Assembly (NCBI GenBank): GCA_041891055.1
Contig: CP169074.1
Span: 480,001 to 544,000, forward strand
DNA length: 64,000 nt
From: Halorutilales archaeon Cl-col2-1
GTDB taxonomy: Archaea > Halobacteriota > Halobacteria > Halobacteriales > Afararchaeaceae
Direction of reading: 5' to 3'
Shown here: positions 49,051-57,508 of the stretch, in pieces
Position numbering within the stretch: the first letter of the stretch is position 1
Layout of the letters: every line of letters starts with the position of its first letter
Position numbers and translations under genes: made by a program
The notes under the pieces: model-generated
Seen by the model: the letters and a program-made list of their open reading frames with translations, nothing else
What the model was told of the DNA's origin: nothing
Databases searched by the model: none

Positions 49051-49275
49051 CTAATCGAGTCGTCGTTGTCGCTCCGCCCAGAACATGAGTTCGTCACGCA
49101 TCTCGTCGGGCACATCTCCAAAGAGACAGCCGAGACGGTTGCCGAGGTTTTGCCAGCTCAGAGTGTTGAGCGTCCCCTGTGTGTACGAACCATCTTCCAG
49201 TGCGTCGTCCCAACCGTCATGGAATGTGCGCTCGCGTCGTTTATCGAGTGGCTTGCGCTCGTCCTCGTCGTACAT
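49051..49275 (-). CDS. Hypothetical protein or fragment (LSWQNLGNRLG motif)
   Basis: Acidic coding-like ORF inside the island. Confidence 0.5.
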   Translation of the reverse strand: MYDEDERKPLDKRRERTFHDGWDDALEDGSYTQGTLNTLSWQNLGNRLGCLFGDVPDEMRDELMFWAERQRRLD

Positions 49276-49358
49276 CAAAATGGTATCTGGTGACACCATA
49301 AACCGATATTTTCGGAGATCCAATAATAAATCTTACGCAGGGTGCTCGGGTTCTAGTC

Positions 49359-49544
49359 GTGGTTAAGAACCTCTTGGTAGTGATTGTGGAGGAGACCCGA
49401 GCGGACAAAGAGCGAAGTCGTATATTCTTCCATAAAGACGCTGAGATTGAAGATATCGACCGTTGGACGGAGTACCAAGACTGGTTCGTCGAGTGTGGCG
49501 AGTTATTCCATGAGCACTTCCACAACCGGATTCAGCGACTCTAA
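49359..49544 (+). pseudogene. C-terminal fragment resembling DUF4268
   Basis: D-R-W-x-E-Y-x-D-W...F...F..RI pattern; no convincing start. Confidence 0.45.
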
Positions 49545-49613
49545 TCTCTCACGCAGCTTCGAACAGACCGCTCTACTGTTTTATTGTCTGTCACTGAGAA
49601 GTTGTGGTCAGGC

Positions 49614-49913
49614 ATGTCCACCCCCGAGGAATCATACCACCGTGCTATGGAGACCCTCGTAATTGAAGGCCACCAGTACTATGCGCCGAACGCGACGACC
49701 CACACTGATTATCCAACGATGACGGTCCAGGGTGAAGCAGGGTACTCCGCCGAGAATCATGAAATCTACCTCGAATCAATCGGCCCGGGGAGAGGTGGAC
49801 CATACTCTCTCGTCTTTGAACTATCCGAGAAGCAGCTCAAACACGCTCATGGTGCGTACGATGACCAACAGGCTGCAGGAGTGGTCAATGATATCAGATT
49901 CCCGAGCGGGTAG
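49614..49913 (+). CDS. Hypothetical protein
   Basis: ATG after TTTATT promoter-like sequence; acidic ORF. Confidence 0.5.
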   Translation: MSTPEESYHRAMETLVIEGHQYYAPNATTHTDYPTMTVQGEAGYSAENHEIYLESIGPGRGGPYSLVFELSEKQLKHAHGAYDDQQAAGVVNDIRFPSG

Positions 49914-50223
49914 GTCGTAAGCGCACCGAGTCAGGTGTAGCCCCGGTTTCTCGCTCCGGCCCCGATAGTTCTGTGACGGCGATAGAATTCGACTGGAATC
50001 GACCTGCTATCAACAACGGGCGACTATACTGTCCGCAAGGGCTAACGTCAAAAAGCTATCAATATCCCGATGATTTTTGGTAGGTTCCCCGCTTCCAATC
50101 TAACGAAGTACTGGACGGCAGAGGGCGCGTATTTTGACCGGTTCAAATCCTACCGCAAGAACAGGGTAATATACGACGTAATCCCTACGCCGTACCGTCA
50201 ATAGGAGAGGATCGGTAAGGGGA

Positions 50224-50329
50224 TGCCGCCTCCCGGATTTGAACTTGATACGAGACTCAGTTCGTTCGTCTCGTGTAGTTCAAATATCGCTCGGGAGCAT
50301 TTTCACCTCTCACGTTGTTCGCAGGAAAA
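50224..50329. repeat. tRNA-linked ~106 bp structured repeat unit beginning with a second copy of the tRNA-Phe 3' end
   Basis: TGCCGCCTCCCGGATTTGAAC at 50224; internal stems ATTTGAAC/GTTCAAAT, ACGAGAC/GTCTCGT, GCATTTTC/GAAAATGC. Confidence 0.8.
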
Positions 50330-50403
50330 TGCCGCCTCCCGGATTTGAACCAGGGACAACTCGATCTTCAGTCGAGCGCTCTCCCAGGCTGAGCTAAGGC
50401 GGC
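50330..50403 (-). tRNA. tRNA-Phe(GAA)
   Basis: Reverse complement GCCGCCTTAGCTCAGCCTGGGAGAGCGCTCGA-CT-GAA-GA-TCGAG...GGTTCAAATCCGGGAGGCGGCA. Confidence 0.97.
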
Positions 50404-50456
50404 TTCGTCTTACTGCATTACTTCTTTATAAGACTGGATGACATAACAGTTTTCAT

Positions 50457-51182
50457 TTAAGCCGTCTTGCCGCCGTCGACCGGGAGTACGACACCGGTCA
50501 CGAACTCCGACGCCGACGTGAGATAGACGACGGCTTCCGAGACGTCGTCCGGGGAGCCTATACTTCCGACGGGGATCGTCTCGGCGATACGTCTCTCCTC
50601 TTCCTCGTCCCTGTCGGGAGGCGAGAGGACTGTAGCGGGTGCTACGGCGTTTACGGAGATCTCGGGCGCGAGCTCCTTCGCCATCCCTTTCGTGAGAGAG
50701 ATCAGTCCCGCCTTCGAGGCGGAGTATGGGAGATAGCTCGGGTACGGCGTTATACCGCCGACTCCCGCGATGTTGACTATCTTACCCTCGTCGATGACTT
50801 CCGCCGCCCTCTGTGAGACGAAGAAGGGCGCTCTGAGGTTGACGTCTATGTTGTGGTTCCAGTCGTCTTCGTCGACCTCGCCGAAAGGAGTCTCGAAGAA
50901 GACCGACGCGCTGTTTACGACTATGTCGAGACCTTCGAATTCGTCGGCTACGTCGTCGACGAGAGACTCACACTCCTCGACCTCAGAGAGGTCTGCCTGA
51001 AACACCGACGACTCGACGCCTTTCTCACGTATCTCCTCAGCGGTCTTCTCGGCGGCGTCGCCACTCGTCCTGTAATGGACTCCGACGTCGGCACCTTCGT
51101 CGGCGAGAGCGAGCGCTATCTCCTTCCCGACGCGTTTAGCACTTCCCGTCACGAGGGCTGTCTTAGAGTCGAGTTCGGACAT
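50457..51182 (-). CDS. SDR oxidoreductase, pteridine reductase (PTR1/FolM)-like
   Basis: TGSAKRVG, VHYRTS, NSASVF, YSASK; start set at MSELDSK. Confidence 0.85.
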   Translation of the reverse strand: MSELDSKTALVTGSAKRVGKEIALALADEGADVGVHYRTSGDAAEKTAEEIREKGVESSVFQADLSEVEECESLVDDVADEFEGLDIVVNSASVFFETPFGEVDEDDWNHNIDVNLRAPFFVSQRAAEVIDEGKIVNIAGVGGITPYPSYLPYSASKAGLISLTKGMAKELAPEISVNAVAPATVLSPPDRDEEEERRIAETIPVGSIGSPDDVSEAVVYLTSASEFVTGVVLPVDGGKTA

Positions 51183-51271
51183 ACGTATACGACGGGGGGA
51201 AACCGGAAAACCGTACCGTCTGATGACAGAGGCTCCGTTCGGTTTATGAGTCGAGACCCACAAGACGGAGT

Positions 51272-51886
51272 ATGAAAGGGCTACTCTACAGCGGCGGGGT
51301 CGAGAGCGCCTACCTCCTACAGAGTCTCGATGGCGAGATCCAGCCCGTCTATGTCAGCTACGGCTTTCCGTGGGAGGAGTACGAGCGGAAGAAGGCGAGG
51401 CAGCACGTCGAAAGAGTAGAGAACGCGGAAGAACTCATGGAGATCGAGGTACAGCACGACGACCCTTCGAGGATGAGATATAAAGATGTCGACCCCGAGG
51501 ACAAGTACTTCACCTACATACACGGCAGGTCGAGTAGTCTCATAACAAACGCCTCGGTAGAGTTGACGGCTATGGGTGTCACGGATATCTACGAGGGGAC
51601 TCTCGCATCGGGCGACAGATCCTTCCGTGACTCGTCACGCGGATTCTACGACGCGATCGAGGACGCTCTCTCGACGGGGCTCGACGACGACCTGAGTATA
51701 CACACCCCGCTCTACGGCAGGGAGAAGGCGGAGATCGCCGCCGAGCTTATAACAGGAGAGTTCGAGGTGGGATTTGACGACACCGTCTCGTGTATACTCA
51801 CCGACGACCCCGACGGCTGTGGCGACTGTTACAAGTGCCACGAGAGGGAGAAAGCCAGAAAAGAGGCAGAGTCTCTTATCGACTGA
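51272..51886 (+). CDS. QueC-like PP-loop ATPase (7-cyano-7-deazaguanine synthase family, divergent)
   Basis: LYSGGVES, VSYG, TPL..K, SC...CGDCYKC. Confidence 0.8.
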   Translation: MKGLLYSGGVESAYLLQSLDGEIQPVYVSYGFPWEEYERKKARQHVERVENAEELMEIEVQHDDPSRMRYKDVDPEDKYFTYIHGRSSSLITNASVELTAMGVTDIYEGTLASGDRSFRDSSRGFYDAIEDALSTGLDDDLSIHTPLYGREKAEIAAELITGEFEVGFDDTVSCILTDDPDGCGDCYKCHEREKARKEAESLID

Positions 51887-51907
51887 TTCCGTTTTCGTCT
51901 ACGTCTA

Positions 51908-53053
51908 CTATGAGTCTACGAGGTTGCCGTCCTTTATTACCAGCCTCTGGTTCCTCCAGTTCGAGACGTCTTCGAGGGGGTCTCCCGACAGTACGAGGAG
52001 GTCGGCTGTGTAACCCTCGCGCACGTATCCCACCTCGTCGTCGATGCCCAAGAGTTCGGCGGCGTTCGACGTCGCCGCATCGAGTACGGTCTTCTCGTCA
52101 ATGCCGTACTCCGACATGAGTTCTAACTCGTGGAGGTTCTCACTGTGGTAGTTGTACGACGTACCGGCGTCACTTCCCATTGCGACCCTGACGCCGTTCT
52201 CGACCATTCTGTCGACGACTGACTTCTGTCTCTCGACGGTTTCCTCCGCCTTACGTAACTTCTCGTCGGAGACTTTCTCGGGGTTCTCGATGGACATACG
52301 TGTCGGCTTGTGGGTCGGAACCCAGAAGGTACCGTTCCGCGCGAGCGTCTCGGCGGCTTCGTCGTCGGCGAACTTACAGTGTTCGACGCTGTCGACACCT
52401 GCCTCCGATGCGGCGAGTATGCCGTCTTTCCCCTCGGCGTGTGCCGCAGTAGGGACGTCCTTCATCTCGGCGACCTCGACAGCTGCCTCTATCTCGTCGC
52501 GCGTCATCTCCTGTGCGCCCCGTGTCGACGAGTAGGCACTCGAAGTCGTCATCAGCTTTATGACTTCGGCATCCCGTTCGATCTGTTCCCTCACAGCCTT
52601 TCTGACCTCTGAGACGCCGTCTGCCTCGCGACAGCTTCCCGAGAAATGTCCTCCCGTACACGATATACCCTGTCCACACGCCACGACGCGTGGACCGTCG
52701 ATCAGACCCTCCTCGACCGCTCTGCCGGCGTCTATCACCGACGGGTCGGGTGCGTTGAGGTCTCTGACCGTCGTCACTCCAGCAGAGAGGGTCTTCTCCA
52801 TGTTGTCGACGACTCGGTACCATCTCATCCTGTCGTCGCCGTGTCTGTTAGTCGGGAGACACTCCGAGACAAGATGTACGTGGCAGTCTATGACACCCGG
52901 GACGACGTAGTCGCCGTCGAGGTCATAGATCTCATCGTCTCCGTCAACATCGGAGATATCGGAGTCTATCTCATCTATCTTACCGTCACGTATCAAGACG
53001 TCGCCGTGTCTCTCGCCGTCTGAGTCGACTACTTTCGAATTTTTGAGGAGCAC
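51908..53053 (-). CDS. Metal-dependent amidohydrolase (prolidase-like)
   Basis: PGVIDCHVH, GVTTVRD, AAHAEG, SVEH, GSDAG. Confidence 0.92.
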   Translation of the reverse strand: MLLKNSKVVDSDGERHGDVLIRDGKIDEIDSDISDVDGDDEIYDLDGDYVVPGVIDCHVHLVSECLPTNRHGDDRMRWYRVVDNMEKTLSAGVTTVRDLNAPDPSVIDAGRAVEEGLIDGPRVVACGQGISCTGGHFSGSCREADGVSEVRKAVREQIERDAEVIKLMTTSSAYSSTRGAQEMTRDEIEAAVEVAEMKDVPTAAHAEGKDGILAASEAGVDSVEHCKFADDEAAETLARNGTFWVPTHKPTRMSIENPEKVSDEKLRKAEETVERQKSVVDRMVENGVRVAMGSDAGTSYNYHSENLHELELMSEYGIDEKTVLDAATSNAAELLGIDDEVGYVREGYTADLLVLSGDPLEDVSNWRNQRLVIKDGNLVDS

Positions 53054-53104
53054 ACCGGTTAATTAGCCCGAGATTCGTTAACCCTTCTGGTGTGAGGGTC
53101 AAGT

Positions 53105-53640
53105 GTGAAGTACCCCGCGCACGGTGGCGCGGGGCTTCGCCGTTTGGCCTCTCCCAACAGGGAGCGTAACGGCGGCAGGCGAATTTAATTTCCTCCGCAC
53201 TTCCCAGATGGGTCGTGTGGGAGCAGTAACACCCGAACACGCCGTGTCTCCTACCGCACTAGAGATCGTCTAGTGCTGCCGTAGGTGGCGTGTCCGTGGA
53301 GGTCGGCGGCTTCACCACCGCCCGACACACTTGAAGCCCGGCGCAACCTTGCGGTGTTTTGCGAGGCGGATACCGTGGCTCCCGTACTGTAAATATGGTT
53401 CGACAGCAACTTGAACATATGGATTGTGCAGCGGAGCGAACGCGCTTCACCCCCGCCCACGGTGTTGACGCAAATCAAAGATTTGCGAAAGTCCCGAGAT
53501 CTCCGATCTCGTGTACTCGCTAATCGGAGATTAGCGAAAGTTGTTAGATCTCCGATCTAACAGCCCGTGAATCTATGATTCACGAAGCCGAAAACCTGCG
53601 GTTTTCGGAAGGGCGGGGAACTCGCGCTGCTTTTCGTTTA
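53105..53640 (-). mobile_element. Non-autonomous IS200/IS605 miniature of a second family (left end, promoter, omegaRNA-like region, right end)
   Basis: Right end GAAGCCCCGCGC-CACCGT-GCGCGGGGTACTTCAC; left-end hairpin CCCCGCCC...GGGCGGGG split by a hairpin array; no tnpA/tnpB ORF. Confidence 0.78.
53469..53608. repeat. Array of six perfect triloop hairpins, ~24 bp period
   Basis: CGCAAATC-AAA-GATTTGCG; CGAGATC-TCC-GATCTCG; CGCTAATC-GGA-GATTAGCG; GTTAGATC-TCC-GATCTAAC; CGTGAATC-TAT-GATTCACG; CCGAAAACC-TGC-GGTTTTCGG. Confidence 0.95.
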
Positions 53641-53812
53641 GAGCATGATGTTGTGAAGAGGAGAATAGGATTTCAGCCAGTTTGAGGTTGATTTGACGAA
53701 CTGTACTTAATCGCCTCAATACCAACGCTTTCTCAGCGTGTCACAGAAGGCATCCCACGGTCTATTCATCCAGACCTCTTGAATTTATATACGTGATACA
53801 AGCGCGAATCGG

Positions 53813-54022
53813 TCACTCCCCAACCGGTTCGGTGTTGGGATCGAACAGCTCTTCGATCCGGCAATCGAAGTACTCAGAAAGTTTGAATGCCAACTCTAGC
53901 GATGGATCGTAGCGGTTACGTTCGACTGCGTTTATCGTTTGACGTGAGACGCCAACGGCTGTGGCTAAGTCCTCCTGACTTATCCCTTTGCGTTCGCGGT
54001 AAACATCTATTTTATTTTTCAT
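53813..54022 (-). CDS. XRE-family HTH regulator
   Basis: SQEDLATAVGVSRQTINAVERNRYDPSLELAF. Confidence 0.93.
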   Translation of the reverse strand: MKNKIDVYRERKGISQEDLATAVGVSRQTINAVERNRYDPSLELAFKLSEYFDCRIEELFDPNTEPVGE

Positions 54023-54035
54023 GGATACGTCGCTG

Positions 54036-54473
54036 CTATTCGTACTGTCGTTTTACATACCAGTGAGCAGCTCCGAAGATAAACGTCAACAGGAGATAAC
54101 TCCAGATCGCTCCTCGGATAGCTGCGGGAGCGGTATACACGCCAGTCGTGCTGAGGACGACATCTGCCGGAATTCCGATGATAACGACAGCGGTAATGAA
54201 TGTCAATGTCGCTTGGCTTGCTTCCCGCTCCGTGTGCTGTTCGAATTCATCCCTGAGTACAACTTGCGAGTACCAGTATCCGATTCCCATTCCGATGGCA
54301 CCGAGCCAATAAAGCCCTAATCCGGCAAAGAGCACAAGCTGTTCTTCGGTGACCATCCATATCGCCGTCGCAATGAAGAAACTCGCAACACCGAACCCAA
54401 CGGATCTGTTGATCCACTTGGTGTACTGTTCGCGCTTCCGGACTTGTTGTTTCGCGGTGAGTTCTTCTGTCAT
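54036..54473 (-). CDS. DUF2178-like membrane protein
   Basis: 4 TM with RDE...EREAS loop; usual partner of this HTH. Confidence 0.75.
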   Translation of the reverse strand: MTEELTAKQQVRKREQYTKWINRSVGFGVASFFIATAIWMVTEEQLVLFAGLGLYWLGAIGMGIGYWYSQVVLRDEFEQHTEREASQATLTFITAVVIIGIPADVVLSTTGVYTAPAAIRGAIWSYLLLTFIFGAAHWYVKRQYE

Positions 54474-54536
54474 TGGTACCAGGATGTAAAAGTCATCCGC
54501 GGGAAGTTTAAGGTGCTAACGGCTCCAACACCGGGC

Positions 54537-54924
54537 ATGGGAATCCTCTCGCGCGTCGTACATCGTGCGGTCGAAGGTCAACTTGGTGCTCAACCTCGCC
54601 GAGAACCCCGACGAGACGCTCAACTACTCCTACAAGCAGATGCGCGACCAGCTACAGGAGGTCAAGCAGGGCATCATCGACCTGATGACCCAGAAGAAAC
54701 GGCTGGAGATCCAAAAGCGTCGGCTGGAGGAGAAAGTCGAGAAACACAACGAACAGGCCCGCGAGGCCGTCCGGCAGGATCGCGACGACCTCGCTCGCGA
54801 GGCGCTGGAGAAGAAGAAGTCCAAGACGCAGGAGATCGAGGATCTAGAGATTTAGATCGCCGAACTCTAAGATTCACAGGATCGCCTCGTCGAGAAGAAA
54901 GAGGAGCTGCAGGATGACGAGTAA
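54537..54924 (+). pseudogene. pspA: PspA/IM30 family pseudogene
   Basis: MGILSR, frameshift, RSKVN...AENPDETLNYSY..QMRDQLQEVKQG; in-frame TAG (54853) and TAA; truncated. Confidence 0.85.
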
Positions 54925-54975
54925 GCCCAGCAGTTTTCCGGGGCGACGTGACACCTTTTTCAGGAGTGACCTCAC

Positions 54976-56025
54976 ATGAGTGACGACGACGTACCCGACG
55001 ATTCCCGGGGACAGACCCAGGACACGATGCGCGAGCGGGCGGAGGCAAGCACCCGGAAGCTCTGGCTGCTGATGACGGCTGACCGCCGGCTGATCACCTC
55101 GGGGATAGTCGGATTCCTGTTCGCCGGTGTCGTGATTGGCGGAATCCTCCACCCGACGGACGCCCACACCTTGATTGCCGACGGCGACCCGATGGAGACG
55201 CTCGCACAGGCGCTGGTCGGCTCGACGGTGACCGGCGTCACGTTGGTACTCACCCTTTCACAGTTGGTGCTTTCACAGGAACAAGGTGCTGTCGGCGATC
55301 AACGCAACCGGATGGAAGAGGCGATGTCGTTCCGGTCGGACGTGGCCGAACTGCTGGAAGAGCCCGTGAGTCCGACCGAACCCTCGGCGTTCCTCCGTGC
55401 GCTGGTACAGGCGACGCAGCGTCGCGCCGAGGAGGTCGAGTCCGCGGCTGAGGGACTGGATCAGGAGGTGACCGAACGCCTGACGGAGTACACTCGGGGC
55501 GTCCAGGAGAACAGCCAGGGCGTGCGCGAGAGCCTCGACGGTGCCAACTTCGGCGAGTTCGACGTGATCCGTGCGGCGCTCGACTTCAACTACTCCTGGA
55601 AGCTGTACGCTGCCCGGAAGCTCCGGGCCGACTACGAGGATCGACTTACCGACCATGCGATTGACCGGCTGGAGGCACTGTCGAGCGTGCTCGAACTGTT
55701 CGGCCCCGCCCGCGAGCACTTTAAGACGCTCTACTTCCAGTGGGAGCTGATCGACCTCTCGCGGTCTATCCTCTGGGCATCGCTGCCGTCGCTACTGGTG
55801 TCGATGTGGGCACTGTTGTTCTTCGACGCCACAGTCATGGCCGACACGCTCCTTGGTATTCCGCTCTCGCTGCTGGTAACCGCGGGGGTGGTCGCGATCG
55901 CGCTGCTGCCGTTTGCGGTGCTGCTCGCGTACATCCTCCGGATCGTCACCGTCACCAAACGGACTCTCTCGATCGGGCCGTTCATCCTCCGGGAGACCGA
56001 CCGAAACGCGGAGTTCGAGGATTGA
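54976..56025 (+). CDS. Conserved haloarchaeal membrane protein
   Basis: TGVTLVLTLSQLVLSQE, AREHFKTLYFQWEL; markedly GC-rich. Confidence 0.8.
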   Translation: MSDDDVPDDSRGQTQDTMRERAEASTRKLWLLMTADRRLITSGIVGFLFAGVVIGGILHPTDAHTLIADGDPMETLAQALVGSTVTGVTLVLTLSQLVLSQEQGAVGDQRNRMEEAMSFRSDVAELLEEPVSPTEPSAFLRALVQATQRRAEEVESAAEGLDQEVTERLTEYTRGVQENSQGVRESLDGANFGEFDVIRAALDFNYSWKLYAARKLRADYEDRLTDHAIDRLEALSSVLELFGPAREHFKTLYFQWELIDLSRSILWASLPSLLVSMWALLFFDATVMADTLLGIPLSLLVTAGVVAIALLPFAVLLAYILRIVTVTKRTLSIGPFILRETDRNAEFED

Positions 56026-56145
56026 CCGGACACACGCCGGCAACTCCCTTGGGAACTACTGCTGCCGCACGCCGGTGGCGGGCAGCCCCAGCTCCGCCAG
56101 CCACATCTCGCCTTCCGAGAGGTCGACGCGTCGCAGTGACAAGAG

Positions 56146-56190
56146 AGCTAACTAACATTTCTAATATTTCTCTAGAGACGTTGGTTAGCT
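56146..56190 (-). repeat. Palindromic site A (AGCTAACCAAC family)
   Basis: AGCTAACTAAC-N23-GTTGGTTAGCT. Confidence 0.8.
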
Positions 56191-56537
56191 ATATTCGTAG
56201 TTTCCTTCCTTGACTCCGAGTAGAACTCAGATAGACATAGTCATAGATACTTCCATTCGAGGAAATAGCTTTTCCTCCCGTATTGCAGTTTCTTCTGCCG
56301 TGTTGAAGAGAGGTACAGCGTAGGGATTAATCGTTAGAGGATTAAGAATGAAGTCGAGAAGAGAATTTTATTTGTAGAGCGCGTTGAGTGTCATCTCGTC
56401 GACAGCAACACCTTTCTCCTCCATGGAGTTGATATCCAATTAATACGTGTTAGAAGGTAATAAAGCTATCGCAGAAACACACCGCCCATATAACACGAGT
56501 AAATAGGCTTAAGTATAATCCATTCGTACGTCGTTCT

Positions 56538-56936
56538 ATGGGTGGAGAGAGACCGCGACGCGAAGACGGGACTTTCGAGAAAACAGTCACCGAACAAGAC
56601 ATACTGAAGACACTCGACAGTGCCGACGCTCCTATAATGACGGCTAAGGAGATCGCCGACGAGCTCGACGCCTCGAATGTCATCGTAGGAGAAAGGCTCA
56701 AAGAGATGCATGACAGCGGGCTCGTAGGACGAAAGAAGACAGGTGCACGTGCCGTCGCATGGTGGGCTAAAGTCAAGCCCCAACCCGAGGTCGACGCCGA
56801 CATCGAGGATATGGACGCGTCCGACTTCCGCGGAATCATAAAGACAGACAAGACGGCTAAGCAACTCGTCGAAGAAGCCCGTGAGAAGGATCGCGAGCGC
56901 GAAGAACGTCTTATGGACGTAGCGAAGAATGAATAA
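56538..56936 (+). CDS. HTH-domain antitoxin-like protein
   Basis: PIMTAKEIADEL...RKKTGARAVAWW; overlaps PIN gene. Confidence 0.8.
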   Translation: MGGERPRREDGTFEKTVTEQDILKTLDSADAPIMTAKEIADELDASNVIVGERLKEMHDSGLVGRKKTGARAVAWWAKVKPQPEVDADIEDMDASDFRGIIKTDKTAKQLVEEAREKDREREERLMDVAKNE

Positions 56937-57342
56937 CGAACGTATTGTCTTCGACACGGAACCACTCGTCGCACAAGCCGCCTCAGAAACGGGCGAGGAA
57001 GTAGTAGAGTCATACCTTGACCGCGTCAAAGAAGGCGACCTTGAAGGCTTCGTCAGTCCTGTTACCCTAACCGAGGTCAAGTACATAACACAGAGAGTTG
57101 AGACAGCTATACCGACCGACGTCTTCCTTAGTTGGATACAGACCCTACTACACAGAGTAGACGCGTCGGACTGTTGGAATGACGCAGCACGATACAAGGA
57201 AAAACACCAGGTCGCACTCGGAGACGCCTACTCTCTAGCAACCGCTAACTACGTCGACGGTACTCTCCTCGCCGGAGCTGACGACGACTTCGACACAATC
57301 GACGACGTCGACGTCGAGAGGTTCAGAGAAGATTCCGTATAG
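56929..57342 (+). CDS. PIN-domain toxin (VapC-like)
   Basis: VFDTEPL, TLTEV, LGDAYSLATA, GADDDF. Confidence 0.9.
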   Translation: MNNERIVFDTEPLVAQAASETGEEVVESYLDRVKEGDLEGFVSPVTLTEVKYITQRVETAIPTDVFLSWIQTLLHRVDASDCWNDAARYKEKHQVALGDAYSLATANYVDGTLLAGADDDFDTIDDVDVERFREDSV

Positions 57343-57397
57343 ATGTCATTACTCCCGTAGGTAGTCTATATCGTCCAAGGTTGTTCTGTCCTAGTAT

Positions 57398-57443
57398 ATC
57401 TAACCAACAGTCTCTAGATTATTTTCGAAAATGTTGGTTAGCT
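57398..57443 (+). repeat. Palindromic site B (AGCTAACCAAC family)
   Basis: ATCTAACCAAC-N24-GTTGGTTAGCT; near reverse complement of site A including spacer TCTCTAGA. Confidence 0.8.
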
Positions 57444-57508
57444 CTCTATTCTCTCGTCGACGACATCACCATTCACCTCCCCAAAGTTGGTGTCTTGTAC
57501 CGTACCAG

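Noticed and set aside
50224-50290. Second tRNA-Phe gene or intron-containing tRNA
   Set aside because: Only the acceptor 3' strand and T arm are present; no D arm, anticodon arm or BHB motif.
53251-53478. 75 aa ORF within the IS605 miniature
   Set aside because: Non-acidic, no TnpA/TnpB motifs, and it overlaps structured non-coding sequence.
53469-53608. CRISPR array
   Set aside because: Units are not identical direct repeats, linkers are only 3-7 bp, and there are no cas genes.
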